DNA of 64,000 bases, from contig OX597826.1 in the NCBI GenBank assembly GCA_951406725.2, forward strand, positions 10,788,001 through 10,852,000. The letters are read 5' to 3'. The first letter of the stretch is position 1; each line of letters begins with the position of its first letter. The stretch comes from Octopus vulgaris. Taxonomy: Eukaryota. A program made the translations under genes and the position numbers. Shown piece by piece: positions 13,636 through 27,906 of this stretch. The notes beneath the pieces are model-generated. The model was not told where the DNA came from. It made no database searches and saw nothing but the letters and a program-made list of their open reading frames with translations.

Positions 13636-16515
13636 TACCTAAATTATTTTACTAAATTGTTTGTTATATCTAAAGTAACCGAAAGAAATACAGAGCATCT
13701 CAAAATAAATACCGTGACGAAAGGGGTAAGTGTTTAATTGCATTCTTTCATCTTATATGAGTTGAAATCCTATTCAGGTTAATTTTGCCATCCATCAGTC
13801 TAGGGTTGATAAAATATATACAAGTGAAGTACTGGGGTTGACACTTCTGTCCTCCACAATTTTCTGGTTTTGCGGCTGTGTTATAAATAAATATTATTAT
13901 TGTTATACTTGGGGATTGTCGTATTTTACTAATTAAACACAAGCACTATATACTTGGTCTTCACTTTAGATTTATTATTATTATTATTATTTTAGTGTCT
14001 TTGTCAAAGCTCTTTTATCACACATCCTATGACCTCATTAGTGACTCACTATTCCACCTGTCTTCTCTTGTTCTGCTTATTCCATTTTGTCTCTGATTTG
14101 GTCACAGGATGTGTGATGAAAGAGCTTTGACAAAGACACTAAAATAATAATAATAATAATTATAATTATAATAATAGTATAACAATATCTGTTTCAACAC
14201 ATGATTTCACATCTGGAATCTTCCAAAACAAACACACACATGTAATTATTATTATTATTATGACTATTATTATTGTTGTTGTTGTTATTATTATTAAGTT
14301 GGTGATTTGGCAGAATCATTAACACATTAGCTTTTCATCTTTATGGTCTTAACAAAATAAAGTACCAGTCATGTACTGGGATTAATGTAATTGTCTTACC
14401 CCTCTCTCCTAACAATGCTGGGCTTGTGCCAAAATTTCAGACCATTATTATTTATTATTATTACTATAATTCTTTTCTACTCTAGGAATAAGTCCTGAAG
14501 TTTTGGGAGAAGGGGCCAGTCAATTAGATCGACCCCAGTACATAGGATGAAAATTAAAATCGACCTTGGTGGAATTTGAACTCAGAATGTAGCGGCAGAC
14601 GAAATACCGCTAAGCATTTCATCTGGCATGCTAATGTTTCTGCCGGCTTGCCGTCTTTTATTATTATTATTAATTATTATTAATTATTATGATTATTATT
14701 ACTAATTATTATTATTATTATTATAGTGGTGAGCTGGTAGAATAGTTAGCACATTGGGCGAAATGCTTAGCCGTATTTTGTCTGCCTTTATGTTCTGAGG
14801 TCAAATTCTGCTGAGGTTGACTTTGCCTGTCATCCTTTTGGGGTTGATAAATTAAAGTATCAGTGAAACACTGGAGTCGATGAAATTGATCAGCCCCCGC
14901 CTCCAAAATTTCAGGCCTTGTGCCTATAGTAGAAAGGATTATGTTATTATTATTATTATTATTATTATTGAAGATGACTGAAAAAGCATCCAAGCTGCAC
15001 TTTTGAGCTATCAGTCAATCACCACACACACACACACAGATTTTCCCTAATAAAATTCTGGAGACATATGAAAAATAATATTTAATCATAAGTACTTATT
15101 ATTAATATTATTATTAGAGTTATTCTGCTGAGGTTCACTTTGCCTTTCATCCTTCCAGTCTCAATAAAATAAGTACCAGTTGAGTACTGGGGTTCATGCA
15201 ATCAACTTACCCCCTCACACAAAATTGCTAGCCTTGAGCCAAAATTTGAAACTGATACTATTATTAGTGTTAATAATAATGGTGACGACATCATATTTAT
15301 TATTAACCCTTTAGCATTTAAACCGGTCATATCCAGCCTAAATATTCAACCTGTTTTACGTTCAAACTGGTCATATCTAGCCTTTCACACCTACCCTATA
15401 ATGTCATTCTAAAAATAAACAATCACATTACTGAAACCTCAAAGCTGTAAGATAATGTATTATTAATACAAAATGATATGAATAAATAAGCATAACATTT
15501 AACAGAGTAATTTGAACACTTATGATACGATAAACGTCACCCATTTCAAGCCTAGCCAGGCTCATGGGCCCGGTTTCCCAGTTTCTGTGGTGTATGTGTT
15601 CCCCCCAGCTGGACGGGACGCCAGAAACGGGAAGAGAGAGTGAGAGAAAGTTGTGGCGAAAGAGTACAACAGGGGTCGCCACCAACCCCTGCTGGAGCCT
15701 CATGGAACTTTTAGGTGTTTTAGCTCAATAAACACACACAATGCCCGGTCTGGGATTCGAAACCGCGATCCTCCAACTGCAAGTCTGCTGCCCTAACCAC
15801 TGGGCCATTGCACTTCCAATCTGAACACTTAAGTTTTAAAAATGATTATGTATTTCCTTAGTGATATCAGATTTATGTTACATCATACAACATGTGGTGT
15901 TCATAATCCAAGTCAGGTGTTTTATCCAATCAATAACTTTAAGACTATGATTCAACAAGTGGCTAAAGACCAACTTAGTACAGAATGACATGTGAAGGAT
16001 TAAAAATGATCCAAGGATCCTTATGATATAAAGAATAACAGATTAACAGAGAATACACATTTTGATTGTACAGTTGTTCAAAATAATATTTAACTGCTGT
16101 CTTGGATTTCAAATACAGGAATGACTGTAAGTTAAGAAGTTTGCTTTGCAATCATGTGGTTTTGGGTTCAGCCCCACAGCATAGTACCTTAATCAAGTGT
16201 CTTCAACTAGGATAATAGATGTTCTGTGAGTGAATTTGATAGATGGAAACTGCAGAAAAGCTATCTATCTATTTATCTATATAATAAAATGGAAAATTTT
16301 TTGGTAACATGTGTAATGGGGAATAAATAATACCTAAAGATTTCAAATTTCCTTGTTATACAAATAATTCAAATAATTCCATAATTCTCAATTTTGATAT
16401 GTATTTTGAACTAACATACAGCAGCAACTGAGACTACATATTGGATTGTAATAATGGAATAAGCAAATGTGCATCAAGGAGACAACTGGGATTTACCCTA
16501 ACTACCTACATATGC

Positions 16516-16549
<34 letters not shown>

Positions 16550-17368
16550 TTGCGTTTGTTCCTCCACTGCTTGACAATTGGTATTGGTTTCTCTATGTTC
16601 CCAGAAGTTAGCAGTTCAGCAAAAGAAACTAATAGGATAAGTACCAGATTTAATAAGTACTGGGCATGATTTGTCCAACTAAATCCTACGAGCTAATGAG
16701 TGCCCCAGCATGGCTGCAGTCGAATGACTGAAACAAGTAAAGGAAAGAAAGAAGCACGTTCAGATTTATATTGATGCTGTCATAGAAATATAAAGAGGAG
16801 TCGTGGAATTTAAACTTTTAGCATTTACACTGGCCATATGAGGGCTCAGTAGTCTACCTGTTCTATGGTTAAAATGGCTAGATCCTATCTCTCACACTTA
16901 CCCCACAAAGTTATTCTAAAAATAAACGATCACATTGAAATAACCAAGCTATGAGATAATGCGTAATTAATTCAAAAACAATGTAAATAAATAAGCGTTA
17001 CATATGACAGAGAAATCTGAACGCTAAAGGGTCAAGACATGCCAAATGTTAACGGTTTCTATTATTGGGACAAAATTAAACATTTTTGGAAGAGAACATA
17101 GTTGATTAAAATGACCCCAGTATCTGACTGGTACATTGTTTTATCAATCCAGGAAGTGGGAAAGGGTAAGTTGATCTCAGTGGTATTTGGAATCATGTGC
17201 CTCATGATAGTAAAACTAAGTGCTGCAGTAGTTTTAAAACTAGAACTGGCAAAATCTACTGCTCAGGATGAAATACCGAAGCAATAATTATCAAGCATTA
17301 TGACAACTGATTAAGCAAAAATAACGAGTGTAATACCTTTCATGTGGTGTATAATGATTTATGTTGGC

Positions 17369-17570
17369 TTAACCCTTTTGTTACCATATTTCTATTGAAA
17401 AACACTGTCTTTGTTTCAATTAATTCTGAAAATAATGAAGACTTCAGTAAAATGACTGTCGTTATTAAATCAAGGTTTGGACCATAAATTAACATAAAAT
17501 TTTGATTGGAAGGTTTTAATTTAGTTCGCTTTAGGAGTAGTCTAGGGTGGTCTGGTATCAAAAGGGTTAA
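17369..17570. mobile_element. piggyBac-type MITE, second family; related copy at 60511-60738
   Basis: TTAACCCTTTTGTTACC...GGTATCAAAAGGGTTAA. Confidence 0.72.
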
Positions 17571-18544
17571 GGCAGTAGAGAAAGTGGTGGAGGTCAAATA
17601 GTGAAGTCCAGTAATATGCTTGGTATTTATTTTATCAAACCAACAGACATTAAAAGCAAATCAGCATTCTTGTGACTTGAACTGAGAACAGAAGAGAATG
17701 GAACTAAAAACTGAAAGCCATTTAATTTGGTAGTCTACAGTTCCAACCATGCCATGGCTTTAGTTTTACTTTTGTTATTGTAAATTTAAAAGCCTCTCTT
17801 GGTAGTTGACAAATAAATCATCAACATCATTAGAGACACTAAATTGACAAACTAAGATTTAATTGACTATTTCAGGTCAAAAAGCCAGCCAGATTTAATT
17901 TCATTAATTACACCAGGAGACAGTAATTCATAAATTTTTAATAATCCATTCTAATTGTTTCCCACATATTTATGAATAGTGTAAGTCCTGCAATTAAATA
18001 GTATTTAATTTAATCATGTGTAAGTACTACTGTGTTTGCTTATAGGACAACTGATATATATATTATATTACACTATATATATATATATGTGTGTGTGTGT
18101 GTATATATATATTGAGTCAAGTACGTCAACATCAACATCACAATAAAAATCAAATGGAAATTGTAGTTATGATATCCGTGCTGGTGGGACGTAAAAAGCA
18201 CCATCCGAACGTGGCTGATGCCAGCACCGCCTGACTGGCATCTGTGTCGGTGACACGTAAAAAGCACCAACTGATCGTGGCCGTTTGCCAGCCTCCTCTG
18301 GCCCCTGTGCTGGTGGCACGTAAAAAGCACCCACTACACTCACGGAGTGGTTGGTGTTAGAAATACATACATCATCATCATCATCGTTTAATGTCTGCTT
18401 TCCATGCTGGCATGGGTTGGACGGTTTCACTGAGGACTGGTGAGCCAGGAGGCTGCACCAGGCTCAATCTGATCTGGCAAAGTTTCTACAGCTGGATGCC
18501 CTTCCTAATGCCAACCACTCTGAGAGTGTAGTGTATACATGTGT

Positions 18545-18590
<46 letters not shown>

Positions 18591-20174
18591 AAACAGTTGT
18601 CTTTCATTACAAGTTACATGCTGTTGTGAAATGTGAAATTTGTCATGTAAATGTGTGTATTGATTTTAAATGTAATCTCAGCCACAGAGCACAAGCATCA
18701 GTTTGACAGTCAGATAAAACAGATGACAACAGGGATGACAGCACACTTGGTTTACCAAATAAAGCCTTTGAAAAATATTTTGTTATCTATACAACAATTT
18801 ATTCATTAATTTCTTTTCTTTTTTCTTTTATATTTTTATCCAATGGACTCATGAGCAACGACTCTTCTATGGTTACGATGATGATAACTGATACAAGTGC
18901 TGCTGTTACTATGACAACTATTGCAGATGAACAGAGAACCTTTTTTATGGTATGCTCTACAACGTTGTTATGTGGTTTCATTCTGCTTGGTTTTTATGTT
19001 GCCAGCAGGAGTTATATCTTTCTATGAAAATGAAGGAATAAACACACACAAATATAGATAAACAGAATCAGATAAAAATCTTCCCGGTAATTCCCACCAT
19101 AAAATAATGGATAAAATTTTACACCCAAAATTATTTAATATTATTCTATCTGATTTGCAAACTCAGATGAAGCGATCACATTGGTATTGCACTTTTCAAA
19201 ATATATTTCTACAAACATCTGTCAACATATTCCATCATGTAATACTTTCACTGATAGCCTTAACTCACATGGAATCTAAATTAAAAAAACGAAAAAAGAA
19301 ACAAAAAAAATGCTTTCATCCAGTAATTATTGATAACTCATATGCAACAAAGTGGAGTCGTGTGGCTTAGTTTTTAGGGTGGTAGCATCATGATCGTAAG
19401 GTTGTGGTTTTGATTCCTGGACTGGGCGACGTGTTGTGTTCTTGAGCAAAACACTTCATTTCACGTTGCTCCAGTCCACTCAGCTGGCAAAAATGAGTAA
19501 CGCTGTGATGGACTGGAGTCCCGTCCAGCTGGGGAACACATACGCCATGGAAACCGGGAATCCGGGCCCAAGAGCCTGGCTAGGCTTTAAAAGGGCGCAT
19601 TTATTTTTATATGCAACAAAACATCAGAATCCTCTGTAAACTTTATCATGCCATGACATTTTCAATACATTTATGACATATAGCATCCTTCCAGAAGAGA
19701 AAGCAATATTGCTGATGCTTTTATCAGAATTGGCCAGATTTTACATTTTTTTTCTATTCTTCAAATTCATACTCATCTTTGCAACCATCGCAGCCACCAA
19801 TTTAGTCAATATGTACAACTGCAGATATGTAAAGATTGTACCTCTGTTAAGCCAGTTTCATCCCCACCCCAATTTGCTAAAGTAATAAGTTTTTATTCAA
19901 CTACAGGAAATATTATCAATTGACTTTATGGGGCCAAAGGAAAAGTACAAAAAAAATAAGTACATTTTGGAAGATGGAAACTGAAAGAAGCCTGGTGCAT
20001 GTGTGTGTGTTTTTATGCTTGTCCCATGCAACCACTCAACAACTTGGTGTTGGTTAGTTTATAGCCCTATAATTTAGAGGTTCAGCAAAAAGAGACCAAT
20101 AGAATAAGTAATGGACTTACTGTAAGTACTGGGTTTGATTTGTTTGGCTGAGCCCTTCAAAGACAGTGCCCCAA

Positions 20175-20548
20175 AGTCCATCCCCTCCTCATCATGGTGG
20201 GGACGCTGGCAACGGGTAGTGTCAGAGCTATGCCGTCGGGAACTTCAGTTCCTGGTAGGGCCACCCAAGGCGGATTGGTCTGACACCGAGTGGTATTAGG
20301 GCCACAACCCGGCAGACGGGTGAAAATCCTCGGAGTGTCTGCTATATGGTTGTTCTGTCCCTGCGTCTGTGGACAATCTGCGGCAAACAGGATGTCTCTA
20401 CATGCGGGATTGTTGGGGACCGCTTGTGAAATTCATATTCCCATGAAACTTCTTCCACTGCCATGGTTCGAGATGTCTCGAGGGTGGTGGAAGAAGCCGA
20501 CTCAACCCGCCCAGGGTGAATGTTGCCGCAAGTAAGTAAGTAAGTAAT
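20175..20548 (+). mobile_element. Short non-autonomous RTE derivative (5'UTR-like head, 3' end with (AAGT)n tail) inserted into a SINE
   Basis: GAGCTATGCCG..AGGGCCACCCAAGGCGGA resembles RTE/BovB 5'UTRs; ends ACTCAACCCGCCCAGGGTGAATG..AAGTAAGTAAGTAAGT. Confidence 0.6.
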
Positions 20549-20880
20549 AGCCACAGTCCAATGGCTGAAACAAGTAAAAGATAAACAAGGGAATAAATCA
20601 TAAGTCCAGTACTCCACAGAATCCACATGAGAATAGCCAACGTGAGTGACATAATTGTGCATTGTGAAAGCCTATACAATTAAGCTTGATGACTGCAAAT
20701 CTCTATATAGCCAAGTGAGAGGTAGCACTTCTTGAAGCCTTACATATACTGAGATCACTTTTATTGGCAGCAACTAACTGTACACCACATGAATGAATCT
20801 TTCTTTACTCAAAACTTAGAAATGATAAAACTAAATTTGTCTGGATGGAGACTGGTGTTATTGTTTTGTTGTAATATCTC

Positions 20881-21268
20881 TTTTATTCTTTTACTTGTTT
20901 CAGTCATGTGACTGTGGCCATGCTGGAGCACTGCCTTTAGTCGAGCAAATCGACCCCAGGACTTATTCTTTGTAAGCCTAGTACTTATTCTATCAGTCTC
21001 TTTTGCCGAACCGCTAAGTTACGGGGATGTAAACACACAAGAATCGGTTGTTGAGCGATGTTGGGGGGACAAAACACACACACACACACACACATACATA
21101 TATACGACGGGCTTCTTTTCAGTTTCCGTCTACCAAATCCACTCACAAGGCTTTGGTCGGCCCGAGGCTATAGTAGAAGACACTTGCCCAAGGTGCCATG
21201 CAGTGGGACTGAACCTGGAACCATGTGGTTGGTAAGCAAGCTACTTACCACACAGCCACTCCTGCGCC
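20881..21268 (-). mobile_element. tRNA-derived SINE family B with internal (TG)n (copies 35281-35685, 45210-45640, 40580-40775, 33285-33715 and others)
   Basis: TGGCTGTGTGGTAAG A-box, GGTTCAGTCCC B-box, CCTTGGGCAAGT core; high similarity between copies. Confidence 0.85.
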
Positions 21269-23154
21269 TATGTTCAACAATTTAAAATAGATACTTTGTT
21301 GAGGTTCAGTTGGTGAACAGCGAATGGAAGTTAAGAAGTCAGTCTAAAATGATGAGATATTGCATCTTGCCCTGCTAAAACTTATGATGAAGATGATGAA
21401 TTATGAGAAAACTTTAAAAAAAAAAAAATCGGAAGAGAAAAATAGTTTTTTTGATGAATATACTTGCCAGCCTCGCCTGGCCTCCGTGCCGGTGGCACGT
21501 AAAAGGCACCATCCAATCGTGGCCATTGCCAGCCTTGTCTGCCGGTGGCATGTAAAAGGCACCCACTACACTCACAGAGTGGTTGGCATTAGGAAGGGCA
21601 TCCAGCTGTAGAAACACTGCCAGATCAGACTGGGCCTGGTGCAGCCTTCTGGTTTCCCAGTCCCCAGTTGAACCGTCCAACCCATGCTAGCATGGAGAAC
21701 GGACGCTAAACGATGATGATATTAAGCATAATTCTTTTTAATATTTATGATCAACCACAATTGGATAGTGAAATTATAATGTTTTATGTTGAAACCACCA
21801 GAGTGTGCACCCACCTTAAAAGATGCATATTTAAGCTGTGGAAAATGTTATTAAATATGTAATAGGTGATGGATATATGAGTGTAATGTTTTAAAGATAT
21901 TATCAGTCAGTCACAGTGCAAATGCATCAGGCTTGACAATCAAATAAAAATTGGCAACAGGAATTGTGGCAGATTCAAATCACTAAATAAAAATTTTGGA
22001 AGTATCTCTTTTTTACACAACATACATACTACATATTGGTTTTGAATTTTGGCACAAGACCAGAAATTTGGGGAGAGGGGATAAGTTGATTACATGGACC
22101 CCAGTGTTCAACTGGTACTTATTTTATCAACCCCGAAAGGATGAAAGGCAAAGTAGACCTCAGTGGAATTTGAACTCAGAACGTGAAAACGGATGAAATG
22201 CTGTGAAGAATTTTTCCTACATGTTAACAATTCTGCTAGCTTGCTGTCTTCACACACACTGCATATTCTTTTATTTGTTTCAGTCATTTGACTGCAGCCA
22301 TGCTGGAGCACCACCTTTAGTCGAACAAATCAACCCCAAGATTTATTTTTTGTAAGCCTAATACTTATTCTATCCGATTTTTTTTGGAAATGGAAATGAG
22401 AAACATTCTAAAAGGATGGAAGAAATGTTTCATTGGATGTATAGTAAAATAATTCAATTAATTCTTGTACATTTCTTGTATTTATTTTAACATGCTTGAA
22501 CAATTTTTGAGATTTTAGATTTTTCATTTATGAGTTTCCTATTCTGTTCATAACGAGATTTAGAAATAAATTTAACTAGAAGAAAACTAAGGAAAATACT
22601 ATCAAAAAAATTATCAGGGAAAACAGGGAAGATGTTGTATGTTTATAAATATATATGCTGGCCTGTAAGAAGCATATTTGCCCCTCTCCACCTAAAATGC
22701 TCCTGAAAATCAGCTGACAACTTATAAAATACAAGGTCAAGGATTGCGTTGCCAAGAGTTCAAAATAGGGCAGCCAAAACTGATGTGGGTCTTACATTTT
22801 TGTGTGTGTTTTGCAAGCTGTGAAATGTATGAGACATATATGGGAAGCAAAAATAAAAAATGATTTTATTTTGTTTTCAACAATATCTGATTAAAAAATA
22901 AAATTATTGCAATTATTCATTGATTTTACTTGGAAATTTTATTGTGGCCAACAGGAATTTTCTCTAGCAAGCTATAATGGTCTTTCTTGCTTCAAAGGTG
23001 TGAATGGGGCCTGATTGAGACTCTGTCCCCCCCTCCCCTGCCCCGATGTTCAGATAAATGTTTTGAATCTGGAATGTATTATATGTTTTACAAGAATGAA
23101 AAGAAAAGGAAATAGTAAAAAAATCTATCAAATTTTCACATGTGAAATAATATA

Positions 23155-23189
<35 letters not shown>

Positions 23190-23190
23190 A

Positions 23191-23248
<58 letters not shown>

Positions 23249-23325
23249 GTATATATATATATATGTATAAATATATATATGCATATATATATATGTATAA
23301 ATATATATATGCATATATATATATG

Positions 23326-23357
<32 letters not shown>

Positions 23358-23367
23358 TATATTCACA

Positions 23368-23398
<31 letters not shown>

Positions 23399-23438
23399 TT
23401 ATGTATATATATTCACATATATATGAGTGTGTGTGAGT

Positions 23439-23470
<32 letters not shown>

Positions 23471-24599
23471 ACAGACATACATATATCAAAAGGTAATAAA
23501 AAACAACAACATAATTCTTCCTGCTACGTAGTCCTATCAGTTAGTTAATATATTCACGAGAACTTGTTTCTGAAAGGCCAAACGGTAACAATTTACAATT
23601 TGCGCACAGATCTGTAAAGGTTACGTGATCGCTTTTGTACTGTTATGTTTGCATACAAGGAAAAACTATACATATACATATGTATGCATGTGTGTGTGTG
23701 TGTGTGTGTGTATGAGCACCAGCTTATAACTGCATCAATATGTGGATGTGTTTGTAAAAACAATCTTAGCATGGGAAAATGAATTAATAACAGTAACATA
23801 TATAATATTGCACTTGTGTTCAAATACAGTAAATATTTAACATTTTGTGTATGTTCCAAGAATAGTCAGTAAAAAGAAATGCCAAGAGAAACATGATGGT
23901 ATTTGCTGATACATGTAATAGATTTAGTGTTAAAAAGGAACAAAAAAATCTAACAGTTTTGGAATATTGAACAACAGTTTGTTTGTCAATAACAATTAAC
24001 AGGTAAAAAAAAAAAGAAAAGAAAAAATAAAAACCCCAAACATTACAAATTATATGTTAACACCTCTTCTGAAAACCTCATTGCTCCAACCACAGTTTAA
24101 AATTATAAAGGTATCTGAGACTCAGATTAGATAGGAAAAAAAAAGTGGTTTCTTTAATTTTTCTTGATCCAACTTTTTCATAATTTCACATTTTCTTTGT
24201 AAGGAATAAAAAAAAAAAAATCAACATTAACACAAACTAGTTACAAAAGAAAATGTCAGAGAAAGTCTGTAAGGTTTGTTTTTTACAATAAGGCTCTATA
24301 GTTTAGTTACACAATTGTCTCTATGTTAAACATTAAAGAGGTACCTTCTAAAATGGAAATGAGAAATATTCTAAAAGGATGGAAAAAATGTTTTTTTATT
24401 TGTAAACCAAAAACATACAACAAAAACAACACCACCTTTAGATTGAACACTAACCTTAACTCAAGCCATAAAAACTTGATTTCATTTTACAGTTTGTTAC
24501 TTTTTCTTTCATATATTGAATAGTATATCTACTCACCTGCTATCTTCATCTCTTTTCTTCTACTCCAAGATTAGAGCAGCAAGAAAACATATTGCTTTT

Positions 24600-26175
24600 T
24601 TGTTTGTTTAGCTGTAGTGAAGTCGATCCATTTAGGACGATGAGCCCTCTGAAGAAACGTATTAGTGTAAAAGGATATCGCATCTTCATGCATGGGAAAT
24701 ACATAGTTCCATAAGCTGCAGTGAAGATAATCAATCTAAGGGAGCAACCGGTCTAAATTAAAGCTGATACAGAGAGGCCAAGGCCCACAGTCTTGCATAA
24801 CAATCACTCTGCTAATAGTGGTACGATAAATATAACCAGTGATTGGCTATAGGGTGAGCACACGTCATAAAATCACAACCAGTTAACTATGAAGCACAAT
24901 ACAATGGTTTGTAATACTAAAAGTGTTAAGAGGATTGACATGTTTCATCTTGGTACTGTGGTGTCAAATATGAGCACTCTTAACCATTACGAAGCAAACT
25001 CACCATCAACAGTAACAACTTTCTTCTTTACAGATTATTTTCTAGTCTGCTCTTATCATCAATAGCAGCTTCAAAGGCAAAGGAGTTGCACTGGGAAGGG
25101 GGAAATTATAGAGGTATGAATGACAAAATCTTGACAGAAGTTCAGAGAGTTTGAGCAGTTTTGATTGGAGACAATTCAAAGAACCACAGATGCTAAATTT
25201 CTAGTGAGGCAACAACACAAGAATTTAAGGTTAGAACTACCCTACATCACATCTGCTGTGAAGAGAAGGCTTTTGATAAAATTCCACATGCTGCTAGGCA
25301 CTACGTAAACTAAGAGTAGTGGAATGGCTTGCAAGAACTATGATAGTTATGTACTATTAGCAAGAAATTCAATGTACAAATAGGTGATTGCCAAAGGTCT
25401 GTCTTAAGGCCTCTATTACTCCTTATAATCCTTGAGGCTATAAGACAAGAGTTAAGGATTTATTTTCATTGGATGTTTTTGTATGTTGAGAACCACATTC
25501 TTACAGCCAAATCTGTCAAAGAGTTGCATAAAAAGAACCAAAACAAAACAAATATCAAAATATTAAATAGTTTTAAAAATCACAATGTTATAAGAGGAAT
25601 GGTTTTGATTGATATGTAGTGATGAACTTGATAATTTGCATTAAATGCAAGCAACAGATAGAGACACAAATGATGCAATAGGATCTCTGACAGGCTGACA
25701 CAGAAGTAGAACTTCAGAGTAATTAGCAGTAGAAGTATTCATGAAATGATATTGTCTATGAACTGCTTAGAGAACTCAAGAGATGTAACTGATAGGTTTT
25801 CGTTCCCAGTTGGTCTCTAATTAGAGGATATTTTCAAAGTTGGATATGCATAATGTTAGCCAGTATGAGAGGTTAAGCATAAATGTGTTGAGACATCAAG
25901 TGGGTACTAAAGACTTCGGTTGTAGAAAGCTGGAGGAATGGATGCACTTCTATAGCCTTGTGAAATAAATGACAATCAAGGACTGGGTGAAACGATGCCA
26001 AGTGCTGATGGCAAGGAGTACTTGTAGTGAAACAAGTCGATGGAAGAAATAATGAGGTCAGGTTTCTGGAAACAGGGTTTCACAGAAGAGATGATATAAG
26101 ACTTAAAGGATTGGTAATAATGCTGCATGGCAGGATTTTCCAAGATCCCACTATACAGCATTGAAAAGTGAGTGT
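24600..26175 (+). mobile_element. Highly decayed RTE-like LINE
   Basis: Scattered RT-like remnants (KAFDKIP, KFNVQIG..GLS, LLLLIILEAI); many stops; boundaries approximate. Confidence 0.45.
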
Positions 26176-26647
26176 TAAAATATTGTTGTTGCTCTTGTTG
26201 TTGTTGATAATGATGATGATTGTAATGGTGATATGTGATAAAATGAGGAGGGAAGTAAAAAAAGGTAAAATCTATATTGTGTGAAGTAATTAAAACAAAT
26301 TTGAAGAAGATTCAAAGTAATCATATTTGTAGAAATTATTATGACTACATTGTGTCTACCCATAATTTAAATAATTAATTGATATGTAACTTATAATTAA
26401 AGAAAGCATAGCTACTTTGCTTCAAGGAAGTAGCCAGAAAACTTCACTTTAGACTTTAAGAATGTCAAGTGTGTGTGAATATATATATATATATATATAT
26501 ATAAACAACTTATAAACAAGGGCAAAAGAAAAAAAATTCTAATGCCAAATATGCCGAAAATAGACAAATTGTCAATAACCATATAATTTATCACTACAAA
26601 CACACGTCTCGAAGTAAGCCAACAGAAATTTCTAAAAAATTCCGTTA

Positions 26648-26708
26648 TTATCGTATCGGTCCCAATTTCAGAGTTAATTCATAAGAATTTTCTCCTCGTC
26701 AGCAATAA
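26648..26708 (-). ncRNA. Type I hammerhead ribozyme in a (TA)n-flanked Penelope-like remnant (about 26500-26835)
   Basis: UUAUUG CUGACGA GGAG..AAUUC UUAU GAAUU..CUCU GAAA UUGG GA CCGA UA CGAUAA: stems I, II, III and all core nucleotides present. Confidence 0.7.
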
Positions 26709-26842
26709 ATACGTAAGATATAAATGAAATACTTACTCATACCCATGGAAGAAGCAAACACTAAGTCATGAGCAGACCTAAGTACCCCAAATATATCCAA
26801 AATAGAAAATTTCCAGCACATCTCGAGACACGTGCGTGTGCA

Positions 26843-26881
<39 letters not shown>

Positions 26882-27615
26882 TGTAAAATAAAATCTAAGT
26901 TTTAGATTCATGAGACAGTTAAAAATTTCTTGTGAATTTTTAAAAATAGAAATATGGAAAAAAAAAATAATAATAAAGAACAAAAATATACTGGGTGAAG
27001 TGCCTGTGTCTTACACAGTGTCATAAAGTCATATGTGGGTTAAATTTGTAATATTCTATAAAAGAGTAGGTCTTTGCCAGTCATGCTATATCTCTGTTAA
27101 GAACATACATTGGTACCATTCACTAGTTTAGTTTCTTTGTGTACTTAACAAATTACTAGACATAAATATCTAATCAGTATGACAATTAAATCATTATCCT
27201 ACTTCCTCCCTCATTATCAAAAATCATCATTAAAACAACTTAAAAATATATGTAATAAATATTATTTTTTATAACAAGTAAAAATTAATTTTTATTTTTA
27301 AAAATTAATTTATAAAAAAAAAAAAAATCACGTTTATTAAACAATGGACCAAAATGATTCCAGTAACAATGCTCCCCACCAAATTTTAATAGGAGTGGGG
27401 GAAAGTAAAATATATTGCTTACACACACATGTACATACGTATGTGCACACAGACATAGACACATGCAACATGCGCACACATACACACTTGCACACAAACA
27501 ATAGTGTTATGGTTCTACAGATGTTTTTCTTTGAATAATCTCTATGAAAGAATTAACCAATCTCAGCCAGTCATTTAATGAGTTTATGTTTCTGGTTAAT
27601 TGAGGTGTTATCAGG

Positions 27616-27664
<49 letters not shown>

Positions 27665-27865
27665 GAGACTTTGGTGATGATGATATTTTAATATATGAAT
27701 GGTTTAAATTTAAACATAAAACAATTGAGAATATCTTGGTTACTTTTCTCTCTCTTTGCTTTTTTTTTTATATTTTTGTAGATTGTACCCCAAATTAGAA
27801 CTCCTATGTATATATATATATATATATGTGAATGTATATATATATATATATATATACACACACTC

Positions 27866-27906
<41 letters not shown>

